DNA of 64,000 bases from positions 2,205 through 66,204 of IMG/VR virus record IMGVR_UViG_3300011008_000057, one strand, 5' to 3'. Numbering within the stretch: the first letter of the stretch is position 1; each line of letters opens with the position of its first letter. Below are positions 54,059 to 61,739 of this stretch, in pieces. Position numbers and translations under genes: made by a program. The stretch is from a virus (lineage: Duplodnaviria > Caudoviricetes). The notes under the pieces were generated by a model. That model had not been told where the DNA came from. It did no database searches and saw only the letters and a list, made by a program, of their open reading frames with translations.

Positions 54059-54394
54059 ATGAAAAAAATTGCTCAATGGCTATCGGAACACGCTGTTGTG
54101 TTGGGTAGCGGCGGAAAAGACTCCGTGTGGCACCTATGGTGTATTGTAATCTCTTTTGCCCTGATGACATTTTTTGGCATCATGGGATGGAACGGCAAGG
54201 CTTTCGAATTACTGTGCGCCGTTCTGTTCCTTGGCGGTTCAATCGTGCCGCCGGCGGTCGCTGCTGTCATCGCTTTGGTAAAGCATGAGAAATGGACCCC
54301 CTGGTATTGGTTCCCGACAATTATAGGATTCGTTGTCGGAGGCATCATCGCCATTTTGGTCGGACTTGTTGGAGGATGGTGTTCGCTATGGTAG
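54059..54394 (+). CDS. Membrane protein (lysis cassette)
   Basis: Three predicted TM helices; DSVWHL motif. Confidence 0.6.
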   Translation: MKKIAQWLSEHAVVLGSGGKDSVWHLWCIVISFALMTFFGIMGWNGKAFELLCAVLFLGGSIVPPAVAAVIALVKHEKWTPWYWFPTIIGFVVGGIIAILVGLVGGWCSLW

Positions 54395-54660
54395 AGAGAC
54401 TGAAATCTTGGATCTACGGCATCAAGGCTGACAAGCTGCTGCATTTCATCTGTGGCTTGCTCATTGCCCAAGTGTTGTATGCTCTGCTTTCGATAGGATG
54501 CACGAAGCAGGTGTCGATGTTGGTGGCTCTGATTTTCGCTACGGCTGTATCTATAGTGAAGGAGATATGGGACATCAAGCACGGTGTTCCGTCTTGGAAG
54601 GATTTCATTGCGAGCGAGGCGGGGGTTATCATTGGGCTTTTGGTTATGGTTTTGATATAG
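54388..54660 (+). CDS. VanZ-like small membrane protein
   Basis: DKLLHFICG...IVKEIWD...WKDFIA; ATG 54388. Confidence 0.6.
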   Translation: MVERLKSWIYGIKADKLLHFICGLLIAQVLYALLSIGCTKQVSMLVALIFATAVSIVKEIWDIKHGVPSWKDFIASEAGVIIGLLVMVLI

Positions 54661-54683
54661 TATAAATACAAAAGGAGAATACA

Positions 54684-55319
54684 ATGGCGAAAGTTGAAAA
54701 ACTCATACCGGTCATCATCAAATGGGAGGCCGGTGTATCAGGAAACGGGCTGACAAACGAGCAGCTCTTTGAAAAAGCAAGACCAAAAGGTTTTGGAAAC
54801 GACCCGGTGGATGCCGGTGGTGCAACCATGATCGGCATCACCATTGCAACCTATACATCATATTGCAAGGCGAAGAAAAAACCAATACCGAGTATTGATG
54901 ACCTGAAAGCCATCACGTATGAAGAATGGCGCGACATTCTCAAGACTATGTTTTGGGACAGGATGCAGGCCGACCGAATTGAGAACCAATCCATCGCCAA
55001 CCTATGCGTCAACACCATCTGGGGCAGCGGAGCAGGGTACATCAAGACTATCCAATCCGTTCTCGGCGTGAAGCAGGATGGCATAGTCGGTCCTGTCACG
55101 CTGGCGAAAATCAACGGATGGCAACCTCAAAAAGACCTTTTCGACCGCCTTTGGTGGAGAAGGAAAAAGTTCTTTGAAGACATCGTGGCAACGAACGTAA
55201 AAGCCTACGAAAAGAAGATTGGCAGACCCGCCACGGAACGCGAGAGACTGAAGTACACTTACAAACGCTTTTTGCGTGGCTGGCTAAACCGTTTGAACGA
55301 CTTCCAATTCTCAGAGTGA
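54684..55319 (+). CDS. Endolysin, glycoside hydrolase family 108
   Basis: KWEAG...DPVDAGGATMIGIT, DGIVGPVTL, GWLNRL motifs. Confidence 0.9.
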   Translation: MAKVEKLIPVIIKWEAGVSGNGLTNEQLFEKARPKGFGNDPVDAGGATMIGITIATYTSYCKAKKKPIPSIDDLKAITYEEWRDILKTMFWDRMQADRIENQSIANLCVNTIWGSGAGYIKTIQSVLGVKQDGIVGPVTLAKINGWQPQKDLFDRLWWRRKKFFEDIVATNVKAYEKKIGRPATERERLKYTYKRFLRGWLNRLNDFQFSE

Positions 55320-55903
55320 TGAAACGCAAGATAGCGATAGCACTCATTGTGGTGTTTTTGGTAGCTCTGATACTACTCGCCATGTTCAACGCAGGCTACA
55401 GGTATCGCGGCAAGCAGATACAGCCTCTTGCCCCAGATACGGTCACAATCCACCACTGGGACACAACTTTTCTGCCGTCGCCGCCAGACACCATAAATAG
55501 CGTTGAGGAAAAACCATATCCAGTACCGTACTATATCAAGGACACCGACACGATACACGATTCCATCCTCGTTGTCCTGCCTTACGAGCATCACCAGGCC
55601 GATTTGGAAGATGTTGCTACGGTATGGTATAGCGGATATGACACAAAGATTGACAGCGCGTTGGTTTACAAGCATCATACTACACAAATAATCCATCAGC
55701 CCTACGAGGTTTTCAAAACCCCAAGGCTAACGGTTGATTTTGGGGTCGGGAACCACCAATGGAAACAACTCGACCCCTATGTCTTTGCCAGGGCGACTGT
55801 CAATGTCAGCAAATGGAAGATTGAGCCTTATGCCGGATATTCATATACGCAACAGCCTATGTTTGGTATAAGCGTGTCGAGAAGTTTTGTCTTGATAAAA
55901 TAA
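55316..55903 (+). CDS. Membrane-anchored protein after endolysin (possible spanin-like)
   Basis: N-terminal TM helix, DTVTIHHWDT and a beta-rich C-terminus ending in an aromatic-type motif; position-based call. Confidence 0.5.
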   Translation: MMKRKIAIALIVVFLVALILLAMFNAGYRYRGKQIQPLAPDTVTIHHWDTTFLPSPPDTINSVEEKPYPVPYYIKDTDTIHDSILVVLPYEHHQADLEDVATVWYSGYDTKIDSALVYKHHTTQIIHQPYEVFKTPRLTVDFGVGNHQWKQLDPYVFARATVNVSKWKIEPYAGYSYTQQPMFGISVSRSFVLIK

Positions 55904-55915
55904 AACGGCATTTCA

Positions 55916-55944
55916 GCAAACCTCGAAACGGAATCCGGCCTATT
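55916..55944 (+). promoter_or_regulatory. Putative phage late promoter (terL operon)
   Basis: GCAAAC (55916-21)-N18-CTATT (55940-44). Confidence 0.7.
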
Positions 55945-55971
55945 CAAATAATAAACCAACACTTAAATATT

Positions 55972-56292
55972 ATGCAGTTACACATTAAAGACAGAATCTA
56001 TTTCCCGAACATCATGCCCAGGACCGGCACGTTCATGGAGTTCAACCTGAAGAAGTCCATCATCAACAAGGTCGCCATCACCGATGAAGACAAGGAACGC
56101 TTCAACATCAAGACCGACCAAGAGAGAGGAGCCATCACCTGGGACAGCGAGAAAGACATGGCGGAACCGCTTGAAGTGAGTTTCACCACCGAAGAACTTG
56201 AATTCCTGAAGAAGTCCTGTGAAAGCCTGACTGAAAAGGAGAACACGGACGACTTCTGGATGGTGGTTGAGAAGATTTACAACTCTCTGTAA
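55972..56292 (+). CDS. hypothetical protein
   Basis: 106-aa ORF after the late promoter. Confidence 0.7.
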   Translation: MQLHIKDRIYFPNIMPRTGTFMEFNLKKSIINKVAITDEDKERFNIKTDQERGAITWDSEKDMAEPLEVSFTTEELEFLKKSCESLTEKENTDDFWMVVEKIYNSL

Positions 56293-56354
56293 CTTTTTTC
56301 ATCTCGATATCTTGAACGAAAGCGTGCCCTGTTGGTGCGCTTTCAATTTATAAA

Positions 56355-57947
56355 ATGGCCAACCAACTCAGACACCCAGGGAACTTGCGGATAGACTTCG
56401 CGCCGTCGGAAAGGCAGTACGAGCTGTGGAACTATTTGCAGCCCGACCATTGCCCGCATTGCGGCAGCGACGGAAGCATCGAGAATGTCTTTGTTGGACA
56501 CGACAGGGAAGGGAACCCTCAATACAAACCAAGATGTAAGAATTGCGGTACGACGAATCTTCCGCAGACCATATTGGGCGGAGGCGCCGCAGGTGGCGGT
56601 AAGAGCTTCCTTGGGAGTTGTTGGTTGATTAGCAGTTGTATGCGGTTTGACAACATCCGCGCCGTTGTCGCCCGTAAGACCATCAAGTCGCTGAAGGAAT
56701 CCACATTCAACACCATCAAGACGGTGATGACAGATTGGGGGTTGAAAGAAGGTGAAAACTACAAAATCAACAACCTTGAAGGCGTCGTGACATTCTGGAA
56801 CGGCTCCGTCATCATCTTGAAAGAGTTGGAGGACTTGCCGTCCGACCCGAATTTTGAAAGGCTTGGCTCGTCGGAATACACGATAGCCTTCATTGATGAG
56901 GTCAGTGAAATCTGCGAGAAGGCCGTTGAGGTGTTGTCGTCGCGTATAAGATGGAAGGTCCACGAGACATTCAAGATTCCGCGCCTGTTTATGTCGACAA
57001 ACCCTTGCATGACATGGGTGAGGTCGAGGTTCGTCCAAGACGATGATGGCAATCCTGTCGAATGCGATGAAACAGATGTCTTTGTCCGTTTCTCGCTTTA
57101 TGACAATCCTGACATTGAGTTTAGGAAGATATATGAGGCCAATCTGAACAAGATCAAGGACAAGGCCACGAGAGAACGCTTGAAGTACGGCAACTGGGAT
57201 TTCACCGATACCAATGTGTCGGCTGCCTATTGGAACTTCGATGGCGAAAAGCATCTTGTGTCGAACTTGAAGGAGCGCGTCTATGACCCGCTCAAGCCTG
57301 CCATAGTCTGCTTCGACTTCAATGTTATTCCATACATGGGTTCGATTTCGGTGCAAATCGACTATGAAAAGAAGAATGTCTATTTCCTCGAAGAGATTCT
57401 TGGCAAACAGGAAGACAAGGAAAACAACACGCCGAGGCTGTCGATAAAAGTCAGGGACAAGTTTGTCCGTGAGAACCACTTGGGCGGCATTGTTGTTACC
57501 GGCGACCCTGCTGGACTGGCCCGCTCTACGCAGACCGAGGATGGGACGAACAACTTCACCATCATCATGAACAACATGAGGAACACCACATTGAGACCTC
57601 AATTAAGGTTGTTGAGCAAGCAGCCGCCTCTTGTTACGAGGTTGGAGTTTGCCAATGCGGTGTTGACCGGGTTTGATGGTTGGAACATATACATCGACAT
57701 GAGGTGCAGAAGGTTGACCGAAGACATGGTGAACCAGAAGAAAAACGCGGATGGCACCAAGAACAAACCCAAGGTAACGGACCCGAAAACGAACACAAAA
57801 TACGAGAAATACGGGCACTTGTCCGATTGTTTTGACTATGTGCTGTGCTACTTCCTCAGCAATAGCTGGAGCAAGTTCCAGATGGGCGGAGGCGGCATTG
57901 GCATCGAGACAGTCGATACACCAGTCTATAACCAATTTGATTTCTAA
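56355..57947 (+). CDS. terL: Terminase large subunit
   Basis: Walker A GGAAGGGKS, Walker B AFIDE, MSTNP, nuclease CFDFN and HLSDCFDY. Confidence 0.93.
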   Translation: MANQLRHPGNLRIDFAPSERQYELWNYLQPDHCPHCGSDGSIENVFVGHDREGNPQYKPRCKNCGTTNLPQTILGGGAAGGGKSFLGSCWLISSCMRFDNIRAVVARKTIKSLKESTFNTIKTVMTDWGLKEGENYKINNLEGVVTFWNGSVIILKELEDLPSDPNFERLGSSEYTIAFIDEVSEICEKAVEVLSSRIRWKVHETFKIPRLFMSTNPCMTWVRSRFVQDDDGNPVECDETDVFVRFSLYDNPDIEFRKIYEANLNKIKDKATRERLKYGNWDFTDTNVSAAYWNFDGEKHLVSNLKERVYDPLKPAIVCFDFNVIPYMGSISVQIDYEKKNVYFLEEILGKQEDKENNTPRLSIKVRDKFVRENHLGGIVVTGDPAGLARSTQTEDGTNNFTIIMNNMRNTTLRPQLRLLSKQPPLVTRLEFANAVLTGFDGWNIYIDMRCRRLTEDMVNQKKNADGTKNKPKVTDPKTNTKYEKYGHLSDCFDYVLCYFLSNSWSKFQMGGGGIGIETVDTPVYNQFDF

Positions 57948-57949
57948 CA

Positions 57950-58966
57950 ATGTACAGAAGATTTCTCAACAACAAAGATTACAAAGGTCTCATCACAGAA
58001 GATGCACTTTCGCAAATGACGAGAGGCGATGAAGAGGACTTGCTCAATGCCGAGGAAGCCGCCGAGTTCTCAATCATCGAGTACCTGACAGAGAACTATG
58101 AGATTGAAAAAGTTCTCGAAGAAGGAAAGAAGATCCTGTCGTACAACAGGCAGATTACCTATCCAGTCGGCAGCTACTTCCTGTACGACGGCTATGTGCG
58201 TCAGGCTTTGCGCACCATCAACGGCTGCAAGGCACCAATGGTATCGGCCTATTGGGTTGAGGTCACTGTCGACGACGAGGAGAGTGTTCCGAAGTATTTG
58301 CAGATCGGGACCTATTATCCCGGCAATGTCGTGAAGTTCGCGAACGCCTGTTTCAAGTGCCTCGAACCGAACGGATATGACTTCGGCGACATCCGTGTGC
58401 CCGGCTCAAACGGATGGGAGGAGGTCAGCAGTTCCATTTGGGAGGCCAACATCGAGTATGGTCCGTGGGAGGTCGTTCAGCACGAAGGTAAATTCTACGC
58501 CCTTATTGACCTTGACGGCATTGACTTGACAGTCAATCCCCTTGAATCCGACAACTGGGGCCAGATAGGGGAGTATGACCCGAACTACAACGAATACGAG
58601 TTCTCGCCGACCGAGTATGTGGTCTATGGCGGCAAGGTCTTCGCCCCGGTGATGAATGTCAATTCCGACAAGATTGAGCAGGGGTATAACATCTGCGACC
58701 ATGACCCGCGCAACAAGAATGTGAAGAAGCACATGCTGCGGCTTGCGGTCTATGAGTTGACGAAGATGATATCCCCGAACAATGTCAGCACGGCCAGGAT
58801 TACCGATTACGAGAACTCTATCAAGTGGCTCGAAGACGCATCGAGGCTCCGCATCAACCCGATGATACCGCGCAAGGTCGACGAGAAGCAGCAGCCTGAG
58901 ACCGACTATGCGATTGCAACCTTTGCGAGGGACTACGACCCTAACAACAACCCGTGGCAGATATAG
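57950..58966 (+). CDS. Mu gp36/DUF1320-like head-tail adaptor with inserted Trp/Tyr-rich repeats
   Basis: N-terminal FL..KDY...I and C-terminal RLAVYEL...RITDYENSIKWL...INP.IP flank YQIGTYYPGNVVKF / WEANIEYGPWEVVQHEGKFY repeats. Confidence 0.55.
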   Translation: MYRRFLNNKDYKGLITEDALSQMTRGDEEDLLNAEEAAEFSIIEYLTENYEIEKVLEEGKKILSYNRQITYPVGSYFLYDGYVRQALRTINGCKAPMVSAYWVEVTVDDEESVPKYLQIGTYYPGNVVKFANACFKCLEPNGYDFGDIRVPGSNGWEEVSSSIWEANIEYGPWEVVQHEGKFYALIDLDGIDLTVNPLESDNWGQIGEYDPNYNEYEFSPTEYVVYGGKVFAPVMNVNSDKIEQGYNICDHDPRNKNVKKHMLRLAVYELTKMISPNNVSTARITDYENSIKWLEDASRLRINPMIPRKVDEKQQPETDYAIATFARDYDPNNNPWQI

Positions 58967-58969
58967 TTG

Positions 58970-58991
58970 GTTGCGCAAATGTTGCGCAAAA
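58970..58991. repeat. Tandem GTTGCGCAAA repeats (candidate integrase arm sites)
   Basis: GTTGCGCAAAT (58970-80) followed by GTTGCGCAAAA (58981-91), at the prophage boundary. Confidence 0.6.
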
Positions 58992-58995
58992 AATT

Positions 58996-59029
58996 AAGCC
59001 GTAACCTGATTTTCAGCAAGTTACGGCTT
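58996..59029 (-). terminator. Hairpin/terminator downstream of tRNA-Glu
   Basis: AAGCCGTAAC / GTTACGGCTT 10-bp inverted repeat with an inner CTGA/TCAG pair; A-run on + strand gives a U-tract on the - strand. Confidence 0.7.
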
Positions 59030-59036
59030 TATTTCG

Positions 59037-59108
59037 TAGCCCATAGCGGAATCGAACCGCTGTTTTAAGTGTGAGAAACTTACGACCTAACCGCTAGTCG
59101 AATGGGCC
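59037..59108 (-). tRNA. tRNA-Glu (CTC)
   Basis: Reverse complement GGCCCATTCGACTAGCGGTTAGGTCG-TAAGT-TTCTCAC-ACTTA-AAACAGCGGTTCGATTCCGCT-ATGGGCT-A folds as a cloverleaf. Confidence 0.93.
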
Positions 59109-59141
59109 AAAAAAATAGGTTCGTTTTGTGGAACCTTTTAG

Positions 59142-59215
59142 TGAACTAGGCGGGAGTCGAACCCACAACCGCCTGATCCGTAGTCAGGGACTCTATCCAA
59201 TTGAGCTACTAGTCC
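59142..59215 (-). tRNA. tRNA-Arg (ACG)
   Basis: Reverse complement GGACTAGTAGCTCAATTGGATAGAGT-CCTGA-CTACGGA-TCAGG...GTTCGACTC...CTAGTTC-A. Confidence 0.95.
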
Positions 59216-59232
59216 AGTCGTTTTTGACACTG

Positions 59233-59240
59233 CAAAAGTA
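59233..59240 (-). promoter_or_regulatory. Promoter -7 element of tRNA operon
   Basis: TACTTTTG on the - strand, 17 nt upstream of tRNA-Arg. Confidence 0.65.
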
Positions 59241-59371
59241 CAGCTTTTTTAAAATGCAATTTTTTTTTCTTTCTATATGCAACTCGTTGAAAAAGAAAAT
59301 GATAATTTTTGCTTGTCGTTTCTGAAACGCCTTGTTTTTCACTTTTTGCATTGCTGCATTCTGTTTTTTCC

Positions 59372-59379
59372 TATCTTTG
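59372..59379 (+). promoter_or_regulatory. Promoter -7 element of pepE
   Basis: TATCTTTG followed by C, upstream of ATG 59408. Confidence 0.6.
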
Positions 59380-59407
59380 CCTCATCAACTTTCAAACATT
59401 TTACGTC

Positions 59408-60181
59408 ATGAGATTACTATTGATCAGCAATTCGACCAACTTTGGCGAGAATTATCTGGCTTGGGCCACGACCCAAATCGAACTGTTCTGCTTGCAGAAC
59501 CATATTAATAAGGAGAGCCGCATCGTTTTCGTGCCTTTCGCGGGCGTCAACATCGGCGGCATGGTCTATCCCGAGAGCTACGATGCCTACGAGGCTAAGG
59601 TGAAGAACGTGTTTCGCACCAAGTTCGGCTTGGAGAACTTCATTTCGGTGCACCATTTCGACGACAAGGTGAAAGCCGTCAACGAAGCCGACTGCATCGT
59701 GGTGGGCGGTGGCAACACCTTCCATCTGGTGGCTGAGATGCACCGCTATGGACTGATGGAGGCCATCCGAAACCGCGCCCTTGCTGGCGTGCCTTACATG
59801 GGCTGGAGCGCAGGATCCAACGTGGCTTGCCCGACGCTGTGCACCACCAACGACATGCCCATCGTGCAACCTGCGTCGTTCAACTGCCTCAACTTGGTGC
59901 CGTTCCAAATCAATCCGCACTATCTTGACCCGCATCCCGAGATCGACAAGATGATCAAGCATGGCGGCGAGACGCGCCAAGACCGTATCAATGAGTATCT
60001 TGCCGTGAACCAGGACATGAAGGTGGTCGGACTGCGCGAAGCCACGGCGCTTTGGGTGGTCGACGACAAAATGTATCTGAAAGGCGGCAAGAAGATGGTC
60101 GTGATGCGCTACGGCAAAGAGGCTGTCGAGATCGAGCCGAATTCCGATGTCACATTCCTCATGGAAGGGAATTTGGCTTGA
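59408..60181 (+). CDS. pepE: Dipeptidase E (alpha-aspartyl dipeptidase)
   Basis: LLLISNST, FVPFAG, VGGGNTF, GWSAGSN, PFQINPHY, HGGETR, VVGLRE. Confidence 0.93.
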   Translation: MRLLLISNSTNFGENYLAWATTQIELFCLQNHINKESRIVFVPFAGVNIGGMVYPESYDAYEAKVKNVFRTKFGLENFISVHHFDDKVKAVNEADCIVVGGGNTFHLVAEMHRYGLMEAIRNRALAGVPYMGWSAGSNVACPTLCTTNDMPIVQPASFNCLNLVPFQINPHYLDPHPEIDKMIKHGGETRQDRINEYLAVNQDMKVVGLREATALWVVDDKMYLKGGKKMVVMRYGKEAVEIEPNSDVTFLMEGNLA

Positions 60182-60254
60182 TTCGTTTTGGTCAAGAATT
60201 TGAGAATTAGAGATGTAAATGCCATTCTTTAATTCTCTAATTCTTGATTTTGAA

Positions 60255-61628
60255 CTATTTGAACGCCTTGATGTCTTCGAAGACGACAAGGCGACGGTCG
60301 AGGTGGATGATTTTTCGTCCACCTTTTTCGCCTTTGATAAGGTATATATTGGCTTCGTCGCCGAGGATGTCGCGGAAGGCCTTGCGGATGCGTGAGAGGT
60401 TGGCGTTCATCGTCGATCCGATGAAGTCGGTAAGGTTGTCGATGGCCTTGCGGAGCAGGTCGTCGTCGCCATAGGTCGAGATGCGGCGGTAGATTTTGTA
60501 AAGCTCTGTCTTGTTGTCGTTTAGGTAGTTGAGCGACTGCCCTTCCTCATGGATGAGAAAAAAGATGTAGAGTGCCTTGCAGAGGGCGGGCATCTTCACC
60601 TCGGTATTGTTGCGGTCGGTGAGGAAGATGTCGCCACGCCTGCTGATGAATAGCCGGCTGACTTCGTGCGATCCACCGTATTTTAGCAAGATGTCGAGGA
60701 GGATTTTGTGGAACCCCGTGTAGTTCAGCTCGTCTTTTGGTGCCATCCCGTTTTTCAAGGTCAGCTTGGCGATGAACTCGGCCTCCTTGTCGCTGCCGAT
60801 GGGTGGGTTCAGGTTGAGTATGTTGGCGTTGAGCTGCACGAGGCGTTGCAAGGTCAGCAAGGGGGCTTTTCCGGTCTCGATGATGAGGAAGTCTTGGTAG
60901 ATGCCAGGCTTCATGTTCCTGATTTTCAGGAAAAAAGAGGGTTTTGTAATTTTCAACCGATTGGCGTTGAGATAGTTGAGAAATACTTCCTTGGAGAGGA
61001 ACACGCTGTCTAACAGGGGAAGGTTGGCGTCGATGAGGTCGAGTTGGTCTTCCGAAAGGGTAGGCTCGATATAACTTAAGGTGTTGCGGAAGGTCTTCTT
61101 TTTCTTTTTGAGTTCGCCGACGGCTTTGGGCAGATAGAAGAACTCGCGTTGCGATTGTCGCAGCAGGGAGCAAATGGCATCGTAATCGCGTCGGATGGCG
61201 GCGTTGGTCCTTTTGTTGTATTTGGGTTCGATGTAGAGCACCGCGTTTCGCGTTTCGAAACCGAGGTTGGGGATGGAGACGAAATTGGCCTTGAGTCCTT
61301 CGGTCTCGGGCAACTCGATGCCGATGGAGAGGAGCAGGGCGGTGATGAGTAACGACTCGGTGGGGTCGAGGGCATCGTCGGAAAGCGAAAGCTGCTGAAA
61401 GACCCTGAGGATGGCCGTTTTCTCTTGGTTTCCAAGGGTTTTCAGTGTGGAAACGGCTTCTGATAGGCTGATGTTTGTGGCTTTCTTGCGGCTGGTGAGC
61501 GTGATGTTGAACAGGCCGTAGACCAATTGCAGGAAGTCGATCTCACCCTGGTTGACGATGCCGTCGCATTGGACGAGATCGGAGACCACCTTGGCCAAGG
61601 CTGTCTTGTGTTTTTCCTTGAATATCAT
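60255..61628 (-). CDS. TerB-like N-terminal domain protein with C-terminal DNA-binding-like domain (host)
   Basis: LAKVVSDLVQCDGIVNQGEIDFL (TerB-like); C-terminal LCKALYIFFL...NLSRIRKAF...YLIKG. Confidence 0.6.
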   Translation of the reverse strand: MIFKEKHKTALAKVVSDLVQCDGIVNQGEIDFLQLVYGLFNITLTSRKKATNISLSEAVSTLKTLGNQEKTAILRVFQQLSLSDDALDPTESLLITALLLSIGIELPETEGLKANFVSIPNLGFETRNAVLYIEPKYNKRTNAAIRRDYDAICSLLRQSQREFFYLPKAVGELKKKKKTFRNTLSYIEPTLSEDQLDLIDANLPLLDSVFLSKEVFLNYLNANRLKITKPSFFLKIRNMKPGIYQDFLIIETGKAPLLTLQRLVQLNANILNLNPPIGSDKEAEFIAKLTLKNGMAPKDELNYTGFHKILLDILLKYGGSHEVSRLFISRRGDIFLTDRNNTEVKMPALCKALYIFFLIHEEGQSLNYLNDNKTELYKIYRRISTYGDDDLLRKAIDNLTDFIGSTMNANLSRIRKAFRDILGDEANIYLIKGEKGGRKIIHLDRRLVVFEDIKAFK

Positions 61629-61739
61629 TGTGTTGTGAGTAGAAAATTTGGGTTGTAACCTTGCAACCTCAAGTCAGTTTGATACTAGATTGTATTTTTG
61701 CGCCGTTTTTTTCATTGCAAAAATAAGAAAAATTGAATT

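Larger units (their letters stand above)
1..59036 (+). mobile_element. Prophage (contractile-tailed, Mu-like head genes, DGR-carrying), left end outside window
   Basis: Continuous + strand run of phage accessory, head, tail, baseplate, lysis and terminase genes. It ends next to the 3' end of tRNA-Glu, after which host housekeeping genes begin. Confidence 0.95.
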
